From contig NC_068990.1 of assembly GCF_001194135.2 (NCBI RefSeq), forward strand, positions 5,162,633 to 5,226,632: DNA of 64,000 nucleotides, read 5' to 3'. Origin of the DNA: Octopus bimaculoides (taxonomy: Eukaryota). The stretch's first letter is position 1, and each line of letters opens with the position of its first letter. The notes under the pieces were generated by a model. It did no database searches, was not told where the DNA came from, and worked only from the letters and a program-made list of their open reading frames with translations. This document shows positions 13,536 through 26,596 of the stretch, piece by piece. The position numbers and the translations under genes were made by a program.

Positions 13536-13730
13536 TTTGGGCGTTAGGAAGGGCATCCAGCTGTAGAAACTCTGCCAAATCAGACTGGAGTCTGGTGTTG
13601 CCATCCGGTTTCACCAGTCCTCAGTCAAATNNNNNNNNNNGGTTTCACCAGTCCTCAGTCAAATCGTCCAACCCATGCTAGCATGGAAAGCGGACGTTAA
13701 ACGATGATGATGATGATGATGATGATGATA
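13536..13730 (+). mobile_element. (ATG)n-tailed retroposon, 3' fragment
   Basis: GGCGTTAGGAAGGGCATCCAGCTG...GGAAAGCGGACGTTAAACGATGATG; 24 bp duplicated across the 10-N gap. Confidence 0.85.
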
Positions 13731-14599
13731 GTACATCTCTTTTCCCAAAATGTTTGCCTCAAAAAAATCATCCTGTGTCTTGTGTGTGAAGTTGGGCCAA
13801 TATTACATGCTTTAATGTAGTAAAAATCATTTCTCCTGCATATGCACTGCTGAAATTGGAGTGCATCTTATATTAATGCGTGTCTTTCATGTTATCATAT
13901 ACAGTACATGGATATGTATTCATTCATTCCTATTGTCACTTGAAGTATCACATTGATCAAAGAAACCTTGAGTGGATCATCAACTTTGTATGGTTAAATA
14001 AGAAAATAAACAATAAATTTCTTTTGCTTCCTTATAATCCAAATAGAATTCTCAGAAATAAAAAAAAATTCATTGAATACATTTATCAGGAGATAAGTTT
14101 TGTTTCATGTAGCCCCCATTGAACTATATTTCCAAATAAATCCACATATCTATATACATTCAACCATCTTTAACAGAATCTTTTTGGATGCAGTAAAGTC
14201 ATGTCTATTCTTAGTTAATTCCCAAAATTTTATTTAAAAATATGAGAGGATTTCATGAGTTATAAGTGTTGTAGTTTGCTGAATGGTGGAGCTCAGAGTA
14301 TTGAAAAATGAGTCGAGTAGGAGTATGCAAAACTTTATAAGCTACACAGAAATTAACAAGAGTAAGTGAAAAAAAATAGAAGGACATGTCTTTTTTAACA
14401 ATTCAACAACTTTCCCACAATCATTTCATAAAAGTAAAAAAATGGATCTATGACATTGTTTTAATTGATATTATTTCTAATTTGAAATTGGAAAGAATGT
14501 TTCTTCTGATGTAATACAAACCAAAAGCATTCAAATTACAGAATACTTTCAATTTGTAAACTCAGCAGACATTGAAAAACCTTTATGCTTGTCTGTGAA

Positions 14600-14830
14600 T
14601 GTGTGTAGCCTTATGATTAGGGTGTTAGGATTGAATCATCAGGCCATTGGTTCAATTTACAGTCCAGGTAGCATGTTAGGTCCTTGATCAAGACACTTCA
14701 TTTCACATTGCTTAAGTCTACTCAGCTTGAATGAATACCAGCTAAGTGTAGGTACAACTCTCTCACTCTCCAGTTGTCACATCTTGTTATCCAGTAAGTC
14801 AAGGTTGGGGGTACTCTGAGGTTGCTTATG
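14600..14830 (+). mobile_element. Degenerate D-like SINE
   Basis: CAAGACACTTCATTTCACATTGCT..ACTCAGCT block after a tRNA-like head. Confidence 0.5.
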
Positions 14831-15789
14831 TCTGCCCATGATTACATGGGTACCTGAAGCAATCAGCTAAAGTATGGTACATATCTTACTCATTAATTAC
14901 AGCTGACTTCATAATAATGATTCATCTGTGTAACCACTGATAAAATAATTTCCTCTTTAGCAAAGTGTCTTAATTTTTTTCCTCTTCCAGTCAGGTGTAC
15001 TTTGCATGCAGCAACAGCATGTGCCATCTCTGTTTCACTTCTGTTCAATTATTTCCTTTTTTTATTTTTGCTTTATTATTTAATTATTTTACATGTGAAA
15101 CATAGAAATTGAAATTTACTCATTTCATTTGTTTCTTTCTTCATCTTTCTTGGTAATCTATAATTTTAATTTGATTTTTGATATTATTAACATTAATTGT
15201 TGAAGCCATTAATATGTTAAAAATTATTAATTACTTCCACATCCTACATGCCAGTAATTTTTATTTTGTAAAGTTGTTAATTTATATTTAATTCTTTAAT
15301 TAACTGCTAATTAGAACAAAATGAAATTTAAGGGCTTTAAGCAGTATCAGCTACGATGTTTAAAGTCTGATAAAGTTATGACTTAGGGGCCAAAAGACGA
15401 ATAGTTTAAACAGGTTTTTACAATTTCAATCACAATCTTTCTGGTTAAAAAATCACCCAAGTTTAAAAGGCTGAGTGAAAATATGACACAGCTGAAAAAA
15501 AAAAAAAAATGTTTTTCTAAACTGAGTCTGAGTATTAATTTAAGTATCTTGGTTTAAGGATATTCACTCCTTTCACATTCTTTATACTCCAAAGAGCAAT
15601 GTTACAACTTCATATTTTGTTTCCTGAAAGTATTGGAATTTTCTGCCTAGACACTTATATCTGAATCAGAAAACGTGTTTTTCGTTCAAAAATATGCCTT
15701 AAACCAATCAGTAAAAGTTAGCTCAAAAATGTTTGCTTAAGACTTTCATTATTTACGTACTAATTGTGAAAGAATTTATTCTCTCTCTC

Positions 15790-16158
15790 TCTTTTCTCTT
15801 TTACTTGTTTCAGTCATTTGACTGCGGCCATGCTGGAGCACCGCCTTTAGTCGAATCAAATCGACCCCAGGACTTATTCTTTGTAAGCCTAGTACTTATT
15901 CTATCGGGTCACTTTTTGCCGAACCGCTAAGTTACATCGGTTGTCAAGCGATGCTGGGGGGGGGGACAAAAACAGACACACAAACACATACATATATATA
16001 CATATATACGACGGACTTCTTCCAGTTTCCGTCTACCAAATCCACTCACAAGGCTTTGGTCGGCCCGAGGCTATAGTAGAAGACACTTGCCTAAGGTGCC
16101 ACGCAGTGGGACTGAACCCAGAACCATGTGGTTGGTAAGCAAGCTACTTACCACACAA
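15790..16158 (-). mobile_element. SINE family A, low divergence
   Basis: CpG-retaining copy with complete core and 3' end. Confidence 0.9.
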
Positions 16159-16829
16159 GTGATTTGAAATGCATAAATCTTTTTATATATCAAACCTCAA
16201 GTTGTACATGAAAGTCAACAACTTTTAAGATGCCAGAATATTATATTTGGTAAGATATGGAATAATGTATCAGGGGACATTAATTAAATATTTCAAATAA
16301 CCAAGTGATCTGAAATGTATAAATAGTAATTTTTTTCATTTTTCAAACTTGAAGCTGAACCTAAAAGCCAATAATTTTTAGGATGCTAAATATTACATTT
16401 AGTAAGATATAGAATTTTGTTTCAGGGGACATAAATTAAATATTATTTTCAAAGTTTAAATTTTCTTTTATTATAAAACTTCTGACATCCAGGAAAAGGA
16501 TAGGGAAATATCACATCGGCTATGCAAATGGGACCAAACTAAATGCTAAATGTTTAAACTATTTGAAGTTTCGGTTCCCTTTTGATAATTTCCTCCATAA
16601 ATTTATGAACATAATTATTAAATCATCAAAGAATAATGTTGAAAACAGAATTCCGTTTGGAGACATTAACTTCAAAATTATTATATGTGTAAGCTACATT
16701 GATTCAAAAATAATTCTCTATTTTACATTGAAAATATTCAAAAGCTATTGATTTCTAACATTTGAGCAAGGCTACATTTTTGGGGAATATATTTTTTACA
16801 AAATGAGTCCACTATTTGATTAGTGCTTT

Positions 16830-17412
16830 AATGATCTGAAATTATATGCAAAAGATGACAAGGATCTGAAAGGGCTACTTGCAACTGTGAAAAAATTCAG
16901 TGATGACATCAAAATGGAATTTGGCCTCGACGAGTGTGCAAAAGCTTCGTTCGAATGTGGTAAACTGACAGCTAATATCACGACCCGACTTGATCATGAT
17001 ACATCTATCAAGAACTTGGATAAAGAAGGATTTTAGAAGTATCTTGGGGTACACAAAGGAAGAGTGATTCAACTTGGATCACTGAAATAGAAAGTGTAAA
17101 CCAAAAGGCCAAACAGAAAAGCTTAAAGGAAATATTGAGACTGTGACAAGAAAAACCATTGCATGGGCCATACCCCAAAATAGCTGGGGAAGCTGATGTA
17201 CATATGAGAAGGACCTATCAGTGGCCGCAGAGTGCTAGTTTGAAAGCCGAAACAGAAGGATTTATCCTAGCAGCACAAGATCAAATTTTCCTCACCTGGA
17301 ACTATCAATGCCAGTGTTGGGCTCTTTTTTCTTTTAAGTGGACAAAGACAGAGCTACAGGAACTGGATAGAAGAATGAGAAAGTTACTCATAATGCATAA
17401 TGCACACCACTT
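16830..17412 (+). mobile_element. R4/Dong-like non-LTR retrotransposon relic
   Basis: DLKLYAKDDKDLKGLLATVKKFSDDIKMEFGLDECAK..KYLGV; LKAETEGFILAAQDQ; WTKTELQELDRRMRKLLIMHNAHH. Confidence 0.75.
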
Positions 17413-17439
17413 TTAAAGTAATATTGATTTCAAACTTTG

Positions 17440-17625
17440 GCAATCTTGGGGTAGGATCCAAGTCAATTACATTAACCCCAATTCTCAGCTGGTACCTTTT
17501 TTTGTTGAGCCTGAAAAGATGGAAGGCAAAGTTGACCTTGGCAAAATTCAAACTCAGGATGTAAAGATGGGCCAAATGCTGCTAAGTATCTATCCTAGCA
17601 GGGTAACAACTTTGCCAGTTGGCTG
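17440..17625 (-). mobile_element. SINE family B, degenerate
   Basis: GAAAAGATGGAAGGCAAAGTTGACCTTGGCAAAATTCAAACTCAG matches the reverse complement of 45515-45660. Confidence 0.7.
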
Positions 17626-17830
17626 CCTTCACTCTTATAATGAAGGCAGCAGAAATGGTAACCTGAAATGGAAACTGAATTACTGAATGCAAAAGGTCAC
17701 TAAATCAAATTTAATACAGACCAAAATTGATAAAGTCAGACAGGAAATTCAGAATGTGTGGAATAGAGATGAAAGAGAGTGTAGTAAACTAGTACAAGAT
17801 GCATATGAACAGGCATGGTAGTGTAGGGGT

Positions 17831-18810
17831 GAGGGTGGGCTGAAAAGTTCAAAGACTGACTATAAAAGAGTGATGCTAGAGCTCTGAAATCTTACCTGCA
17901 TCAATTTCAACTCTTCTTATTAATAGCTGCATTGTTTATTTCCAGGTAAATACACATCTGACTGTTTAAAGATTTCAAATGTAACTATTAGTGACTTCTC
18001 TTGAAAATGAACAAAATTTAACAAAATGCTGTTAGTAAGTACCTGCAGAAAAGGGGTTTAGACCCCTACGATGTTCATGCTGACAAAGGTGCTACATTAG
18101 TGGATGACACTTCAGTTTTATCAACATTGCAAAAGTGGGCAGCTGAATTTAGGAGGAGAAAGGAGAGTCTTGACGATGCCCCGAGGTCTGGACGTCCTGT
18201 AACTGCCACTGTCAAGGAATACATTGATTGTATTCATCACATGGTGATGGATAACTGGCGATTGACTATAAATCAAATAGTCAAAGCTATTAACATATCC
18301 CAATGAGAGAGTTGAGAATATTCAGCACAATGAACTTGGTATGATGAAGGTTTCTGCTTGGTAGGTGTCATGTCTTCTGATACCTGAGAAAAGATGCACC
18401 AGGCTGATCACATTGTGAGAAAATCCGACATTGTTTGAGAAAGATCCAACTGGTTTCCTTGAATGCTTCTTAATTCAGAATGAAAGTTGGGTTCATCTCT
18501 TTGAGCCAGAAACAAAGCAATAATCCATGCAGTGCAAACACCCCCTCCTCACCTACTCCAGAGAAGGCCAGGTTTGTTTCATTTGCAGGGAAGGTGATAG
18601 TCTCAGTTTTTTGGGATGCAAAAAGCATTATGTTTATTGACTATCTTTGAAAGGGCCACACCATCAATGGTGAGCCAGTTATGAAAGGCTATCAAAGCCA
18701 AATAGCCAGAAAAACTGATGAAAGGGGTCTTGTTTCAGCAGGATAATGCTCCAGCACACAAGTCTTTGCTTTCAATGGTTGTTGTGTTTGACTGTGGCTC
18801 TGAACTAGGT
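17831..18810 (+). mobile_element. Mariner element relic with left TIR
   Basis: TIR-like GAGGGTGGGCTGAAAAGTTC; QKWAAEFRRRKESLDDAPRSGRP, ESWVHLFEPETK, VFWDAK, FQQDNAPAHKS; multiple stops; 3' truncated. Confidence 0.9.
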
Positions 18811-20398
18811 AGAGCTAAGGGTTAGAATGTAGTGTTAGGGTTTCGTGTTAGCACTCAAGATTACAATTTTGGGCTGGGGTAAGGATAAGTTTAAGCAGAG
18901 ATTGAAAAGGGATTAAAAAAATTTGAATTTGTGTACAAATCTTTACAAAATCGAACTTGCATATGTTTGGAATTTGGATATCACTGAAAAATATATTCTT
19001 AAAAGAAGAAAAATAAAAAGACCCACAAAGTGTTCTTAGTCTGAAATTTCGTCGAGGGATTTCTTTTTGAAAAGATTTACTATAAGTTAAATAAAGAGCT
19101 TTGTGATATTACTGTTAATTCTGTGAGTCATTAACTCAGGCAACACCAGGTAATTCAGCTATATATGTATGTACATATATATATATATGCATAGTTCGAA
19201 TTCTATTTAACAAATTTCTTACATTGGTATAGGACAGCAAAATTACAGAGTAATGGCTGTTACATACAGGATTGACTCCTCTGTAGCTATTATATTGACT
19301 TCAGATTAAATACTTTGAAAATGAGGGAGGAAACTAGCTACCCTGTGATTGAAAACACTTTGGATTTTCATTATTGGCGCAAGACTGCACATTCTGTGTA
19401 AGTCAATGCTTGTACCTGAATTGCACTTTATTTCATTGACTTTGAAATGATGGAAAACAAAACTAACCTAGGAAGAATTTGGTTTCAGACTGTAAAGCTA
19501 TGCCACTAAATTCTGCAATGTATTTTGCCTGTCTGTCACTCTATCTATTGAGTCAATACATACTGAGATATCTATAATTCATAATTAACAAGAACAAAAC
19601 ACAAACTATATAATGACATGAACACAAGGGCAGACACTATTTTACCTCATGTTTGTTTAAACCATTGTGGCTACGGCCATGCTGGAATGCCATCGTCTAT
19701 AAAAGCTTACTGAATATTTTATGAAGGATTGTATAAGTTTTCAATACTGTAGTTAACTGACAAAAATACCAAGCCGAAAAGAAGCAAAACAAAAATCTTT
19801 GTCAGTGAACCTGCATTAGCTGTATATATTCAACCTAACTACATTTTTTATTTCTGACATTTTGAATCACCTCTATTATTAGAATATTTTGTGTGTATCT
19901 CTCAGAAAATTAACTCATCTATTATTTCCAGGAATTTGCTATTGTAATTCATAACATTTATCACTCTTCTACTTCTAAGCATCTTGCTGTTTTGGAACAA
20001 TGTTTGCAAATGTTGCTGCAACAATTGTTACTTCTGTCATCGTGAAAAACAAAATTTGTTGTGTTGTTCTATGACTTCATAATATTTAGTATGATATGGT
20101 GATATTGAATTCTTAATAAACTTACAGATTTCAGATTACCTTGCATATGAATTTAGTAAGTAGGTTACTCTCATAGTATATTTCATATCCATTGAAGAAA
20201 CTGAACTCTTCATTGGAAAATATCCAGTAATTATGTACTGTTTCTTTTGCAGCATTTGATATTGTTGTTGTTATTATCATTGCTTTTATTTTATTTTTCG
20301 AGTTTTGTATTGTGTTTGGTGAATATTAATCCTCTATTTTTCTGTGGCAAGAGAGAGAAAGAATGATTTGTGTACCATGATGCAGAACATCGACCATA

Positions 20399-20403
<5 letters not shown>

Positions 20404-20471
<68 letters not shown>

Positions 20472-20590
20472 TATATACATATATACATACATATAAATAC
20501 ACACATACATATATATATAGATATATACATATACATATATATACATGTATATAAATGTATATATACATATATATAAATATATTTATGTAC

Positions 20591-20622
<32 letters not shown>

Positions 20623-20695
20623 TATATCTATATATATACATACATATATATACATATATATGCACTTATATATACATGTATATATACATATATTG
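20404..20695. repeat. (CT)n plus degenerate (TA)/(TACA) tract
   Basis: Direct reading; source of the overlapping YI/CV ORFs. Confidence 0.95.
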
Positions 20696-20697
20696 TA

Positions 20698-21078
20698 CTG
20701 GTGGAGTGCTAAGAGCACCGTTCGAGCGTGATCGTTACCAGCATCGCCTTCCTGATACTTGTGCCGGTGGCATGTGAAAAGTCATTCGAGCGAGACCATT
20801 GCCAGTGCCGCTGGACTAGCTCCTGTGCAGGTGGCACGTAAAATACACCATTTTGAGCATGGCCGTTGCCAGTACCGCCTGACTAGCCTTCGTGCTGGTG
20901 GCACGTAAAAGCACCCACTACACTCTCAGAGTGGTTGGCGTTAGGAAGGGCATCCAGCTGTAGCAACTCTGCCAAATCAGATTGGAGCCTGGTGTAGCCA
21001 TCTGGTTTCACCAGTCTTCAGTCAAATCGTCCAACCCATGCTAGCATGGAAAGCGAACGTTAAATGATGATGATGATA
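20698..21078 (+). mobile_element. (ATG)n-tailed retroposon with internal ~65-bp tandem units
   Basis: Three GTGCNGGTGGCA(C/T)GT(G)AAAA units, then the shared 3' part and (GAT)n tail; related copies at 40434-40630, 42778-43078 and 60200-60556. Confidence 0.85.
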
Positions 21079-21821
21079 TATACACACATACATCTATAAA
21101 TATATATACATAAATTAATGTGCAAATGGCTGAGTACACCACAAACATGCATACCCTTAAAGTAGTTTTCAGGAAGATCTAGCATCACACAGAATGTAAC
21201 CAGGCTGACCTTTTGAATTTCAGATACAACTCATTTTTGCCAACTGTGTGGCCTTGAGCCATGTGAAATAAAATGTATTGTTTAACGACACAAAGTGCCT
21301 ATCATGTTTATGGAAGCCTTTTATCTACTACCTCTCAAATATTAGGACTTCATAAGCAATACTTTTCTCATGGTGAAGGCTTTCACATTTACTAAACACT
21401 TGGCTTCCATCTACACATTGTATACAAACAGTAAAAATTTACCTTCTCCACTTCCTTGGGTTAATTTTTATACACAAAGATATGCCACACTTCAATCAAG
21501 CAGGATCACTGGTTTTGCCAATGTCCCTTGCGTAACCCTCACTTATCTTCATCAAACATTTAACCATACTCTTTCTACAGAGATTTATCCTGATTTTTGG
21601 AAACAGGCATAAAGAACACTAAATAACTACAACAATGACCAATGGTTCCTTGTGCTTGGAAGATTCTTTGAAAATAAGATTGCTGTATTGCACTTGACAT
21701 TAGCATAATCTCTGATTACATCTGACACAAGAACCTAAGCTTGCTCTACTTTGGGTTCCATTCACTAATCATCTCTTGTGTTAGAAGCTTCTTGTCATTA
21801 TCCTTTTCCAATCTAGGTACA

Positions 21822-22015
21822 AGGCCCGAAATTTTGGTGGGAGGGGGCCAGTCAATTAGATCGACCTCACTACGCAACTGGTACTTAATTTATCGACTCC
21901 AAAAGGATGAAAGGCAAAGTCAACCTCGACGGAATTCAAATTCAGAACATATAGACATACGAAATACCGCTAAGCATTTCACCTGGCATGCTAACATTTC
22001 TGTCAGCTCACTGCT
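21822..22015 (-). mobile_element. SINE family B
   Basis: Reverse complement of GAGCTGACAGAAATGTTAGCATGCC...GAATTCCGTCGAGGTTGACTTTGCCTTTCATCC. Confidence 0.85.
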
Positions 22016-23334
22016 TCTTGTCATTATCATACTACTGTAGCCTGTGTTGATAATTCTGAGCCACATTCTATCAACTCGGGTATCTCCTTAGCATCCATTA
22101 TATTCCTCAAATTCTCCCTCCTGTACAGTAACAAACTATTTTCTGTCACCTCTAACAGCACTCCCTCCTCTTTAAATGATGTTATTCTTCCTCATTTTTA
22201 TCCTTCTACACACAAGCATCATCTGCATGCAAACTAGACATTTCATGGCAAAGCTACTTTGCCTCTATGGGAAATAATCTCTATTAGAGGCATGATAATC
22301 TAGAATCTTTCACAAAGACACTAAAACACAATCACTGTTCATATCAAGAAAATGATCTTGTACATTAACCTCTGAAGTCTTGGACAGCATTTAAAATGTG
22401 TTCAATGACCCATTAATTAAATTACATTTTCTGAAATTTTTTTTCCTAAAAACATTTTTTCACTTGCTTTCCTATTCTGTCTGGAATATTAATATTTTTT
22501 ATTCTACATTATAATTTCATTCAATCAGACACAAAACACATATTTTATACTAAATTTCCTTGTGAACATTGACAACTGTCCATAATAAGAAGACTGTTTT
22601 GGAAATCAAACTTGTATTTTCTTCCTTTTTTTTTTACTGTGTAGTATTCATTTCATTCATAAAAATAAAACATTTTATACTTAATTATACCTAAATAAAA
22701 ATATCCTATGCTTCAAAATCACAGCAAATATGATGACCTTTCCTTGTGATCCCATTTACACAGTATAGATTACTTTGCAACTCAAAGGTTAATATTCTCT
22801 TGAGAGCCAGAAAATAATTTAGCTCTGATCAATTCTGACCCTCTACACAGGTAAGACCTACAATGAAATATTGTTCCCATACAGGGCACAAACTGTTGCT
22901 TTGTATCCTAACAACTTAAATTACATCTTAAAGAAGGTCGTTCAACTCTGTGTATGTATGTATGTATATATATATAAAAATATATATATAAATATATATG
23001 TGTGTATATATGTATGTATATAATACAATGCATATGTATTGCATGGTGTACATCATAATTAGCCTTAGTGGGGTACTTTTCATTCACAAAAAGTGCTCAA
23101 TAAATATTGATATAAATCACGAATTGTAATTTATATGAACAAATTATGAATAAATTCAGAATATAGCATAAGTTCAATTCAATAAGGGAATAGATTGAAA
23201 CAACTAACTTCTGATACATGGTATGAAAGAAATATACGTTATGTTTTTAGTTCTTAGCAAATCAAATATGTATGAATCCATTAGTGTAGCAATAACAGAG
23301 TGACAAATGCTACAAGTACAATGTGAAAACTATA

Positions 23335-24195
23335 GCATCGGATTTACCAAAGCCTTGTGAGTAGATCTGGTAGATGGAAACTGAATGAATCTTATCATAT
23401 GTATATATATATATATATATATATNNNNNNNNNNNNNNNNNNNNNNNNNNNNNNNNNNNNNNNNNNNNNNNNNNNNNNNNNNNNNNNNNNNNNNNNNNNN
23501 NNNNNNNNNNNNNNNNNNNNNNNNNNNNNNNNNNNNNNNNNNNNNNNNNNNNNNNNNNNNNNNNNNNNNNNNNNNNNNNNNNNNNNNNNNNNNNNNNNNN
23601 NNNNNNNNNNNNNNNNNNNNNNNNNNNNNNNNNNNNNNNNNNNNNNNNNNNNNNNNNNNNNNNNNNNNNNNNNNNNNNNNNNNNNNNNNNNNNNNNNNNN
23701 NNNNNNNNNNNNNNNNNNNNNNNNNNNNNNNNNNNNNNNNNNNNNNNNNNNNNNNNNNNNNNNNNNNNNNNNNNNNNNNNNNNNNNNNNNNNNNNNNNNN
23801 NNNNNNNNNNNNNNNNNNNNNNNNNNNNNNNNNNNNNNNNNNNNNNNNNNNNNNNNNNNNNNNNNNNNNNNNNNNNNNNNNNNNNNNNNNNNNNNNNNNN
23901 NNNNNNNNNNNNNNNNNNNNNNNNNNNNNNNNNNNNNNNNNNNNNNNNNNNNNNNATATATATATACATATATATTCAATGTGTGTGTTTTTGTGTCCGT
24001 GTTTGTCCCCCATCACTGCTTAACAGCTGGTGTTGGTATGATTGTGTCTCTGTAACTTAGTGGTTCAGCAAAAGAGACCAATGGAATAGATACTAGGCTT
24101 CAAAGGATTAGTACTGTGATTGATTCATTCAGCTAAAAATTCAAGGTGGTGCCCCAGCATGGCCACTGTCTAATAACTGAAACAAGTAAAAGGAT
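23335..24195 (+). mobile_element. SINE family A, headless, split by a gap at its internal microsatellite
   Basis: Core before the gap, 3' half after it. Confidence 0.75.
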
Positions 24196-24199
24196 ACAC

Positions 24200-24390
24200 A
24201 AGAGAAGACTGCAGCATGGATATGGATATGTGGTTATATGGAGAATGATAGTTTGGGAAATGAGTAGATAAAGAAGTGCACAAAAGAGGGAAATTGATGT
24301 GAGTTGAAGAAGTAAGGAGGGATCCCAGATTACAAGATCCTAGAAAGGAGATGATGAAAGAACATGATGAGTGGAGAGATGCTGTGTTGG
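24200..24390 (+). mobile_element. Possible RTE LINE 3' end relic
   Basis: Frameshifted resemblance to R-x-W-x-GHV-x-RM...DEWRDAVL. Confidence 0.4.
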
Positions 24391-24824
24391 AACAGATTTA
24401 TTCAACTTAAACCATTCAAAAGGTGGACATAAAAATGTGAACAGTGACAATGATAATAGAATATCAGAACATATTAGGACTCATTTAGTCAAGTGTATAT
24501 TCTTTTATAAAACTAATTTATTTTCATACTTAAGAAGAAATGAGTATTAGACAGGTAAACAAGAAAATGCAAGTTCATATTTCAAAACTATATTTCCTAT
24601 TATGGATTAATGTTCCCAATGAGGTTTAGAATAAAGTATGTGTTTTTGTGTTTGTTTGAACGAAATTATAATGTGGAATAGAAAATATATTAATATTCTA
24701 GACAGAATAGGAAATCAAGTAGAAAAAAAATGATTTTTGGGAAAAAGTTTTTTTTTCAGAAAACATAATTTAATTAATGGGTCATTGAACACATTTTTCT
24801 CTCTTGTATAGTGTTTGCTCAAAG

Positions 24825-24870
<46 letters not shown>

Positions 24871-25974
24871 TTACACGCATATATATCTTCTTATATGTTG
24901 AAATTACCAAAAATCAAAATTCTGATATACTTTGATCATGTTTAACCATTTATGTTTGCTGAAAAGATACTGATATCAATATGAACAACATCAACACAAA
25001 GTGAAATAAATAAATAAATTACAAATAACAACATATAAGCAGATATATATAAATAAATATTAAAAAAAATAAAAGACAGACAGTTCAAAGCTTCCATGGT
25101 AAAAATCAACAATTGGTTATACAAGAATTATTAATTTTAAGCGGAAGGTGGGGTGGGGTGGTGGTAGCAAAGACAAAATAAATAAATGAAATAAATGAAA
25201 GTAAGGAAGGAAAGAAAGATAGAAAAACATATTTATATGCTAATAATGATCTGGTACAATGTAATATAACTTTACTGGCCCTTGCTTCTATGTATTGCAA
25301 TAAATCAAATCTAATTCATCCAAGTTGTCAGATAGAAATGGAATGCTATGGAAGTTGAAAAATATCTGCAAAATCAACTTTACAGAGTGCTTAAAATATT
25401 AAACCAATAGAAGCATATAATAGTGAGTAATCAGCTAAATAAAATTTCCATAAATCAAAACAACAAAAGAAACAAAAAAAAAACGGGAAAAAAGAACTAC
25501 TCTGAAAAATATTTTAAATGGCAACATAGGATCTTACGATGGTTCCTTATCATAGACATCAGTTATATATTGTTACAGTCGTGTTTATTATGTTAAATTG
25601 CTTGGATAATCTCAGATGATCGAAATATTTTTCAACTAACTGTGAGACCCAACCATGAGTTTTATTACATTATACTATGTTACTCAACTCCTGTAAGTTT
25701 TTAGTTTCATGTATTCTCTCATCTGAACTGATACTCTAGCCCATTCACGCACTGATATCTTTGGAAAGCAAATATATTTTGCCTCATTGGTTATTCTGAA
25801 GGATTCCCAACTTAAGATTTGTGGTTGTAAATCTCTGAGTAATAGAAAAGGACACATATATGCGTATATGTATATCTATCTATCTATCAATCAATCTATC
25901 TATCTATTTGTCTGTCTGTCTGTCTGTCTGTCTGACTGTCTGTCTGTCTGTCTGTAGATGAATATGTACATTTT

Positions 25975-26155
25975 GGTTTCAAATTTTGGCTCAAGGCCAG
26001 CAATTTTGGGGGAGGGAATAAATTGATTGCATCAACCCCAGTGTTCAACTGATTCTTATTTTATCAATCCCTGAAAGATGAAATGGAAAGTCGACCTTGA
26101 CAGATTTTGATCTCAGAAAATACCTGGCATGATAATAATTCTGCTAGCTCACTGC
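25975..26155 (-). mobile_element. SINE family B, partial
   Basis: GAAAGATGAAATGGAAAGTCGACCTTGACAGATTTTGATCTCAGAA and the GGCC..AATTTTGGGGG 3' variant. Confidence 0.7.
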
Positions 26156-26537
26156 CTTCATGAATATATACATATTCATATATAAATATATGTCACTCTC
26201 TCTCTCTCTCTTTATATATATATATATATATACATAATTATATATATATATATATATATNNNNNNNNNNNNNNNNNNNNNNNNNNNNNNNNNNNNNNNNN
26301 NNNNNNNNNNNNNNNNNNNNNNNNNNNNNNNNNNNNNNNNNNNNNNNNNNNNNNNNNNNNNNNNNNNNNNNNNNNNNNNNNNNNNNNNNNNNNNNNNNNN
26401 NNNNNNNNNNNNNNNNNNNNNNNNNNNNNNNNNNNNNNNNNNNNNNNNNNNNNNNNNNNNNNNNNNNNNNNNNNNNNNNNNNNNNNNNNNNNNNNNNNNN
26501 NNNNNNNNNNNNNNNNNNNNNNNNNNNNNNNNNNNNN

Positions 26538-26596
<59 letters not shown>

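Noticed and set aside
13607-13664. 24-bp direct repeat around a 10-N gap
   Set aside because: Unmerged contig overlap, not a biological duplication.
20291-20718. Overlapping YI/CV-rich ORFs (also 38568-38898, 55700-56087, 58526-58732)
   Set aside because: Translations of di- and trinucleotide repeats.
20891-20960. HDV-like or twister fold of the last tandem unit
   Set aside because: HDV mapping lacks P1.1 and a C-N-A-A J4/2; twister lacks the CCC/GGG pseudoknot.
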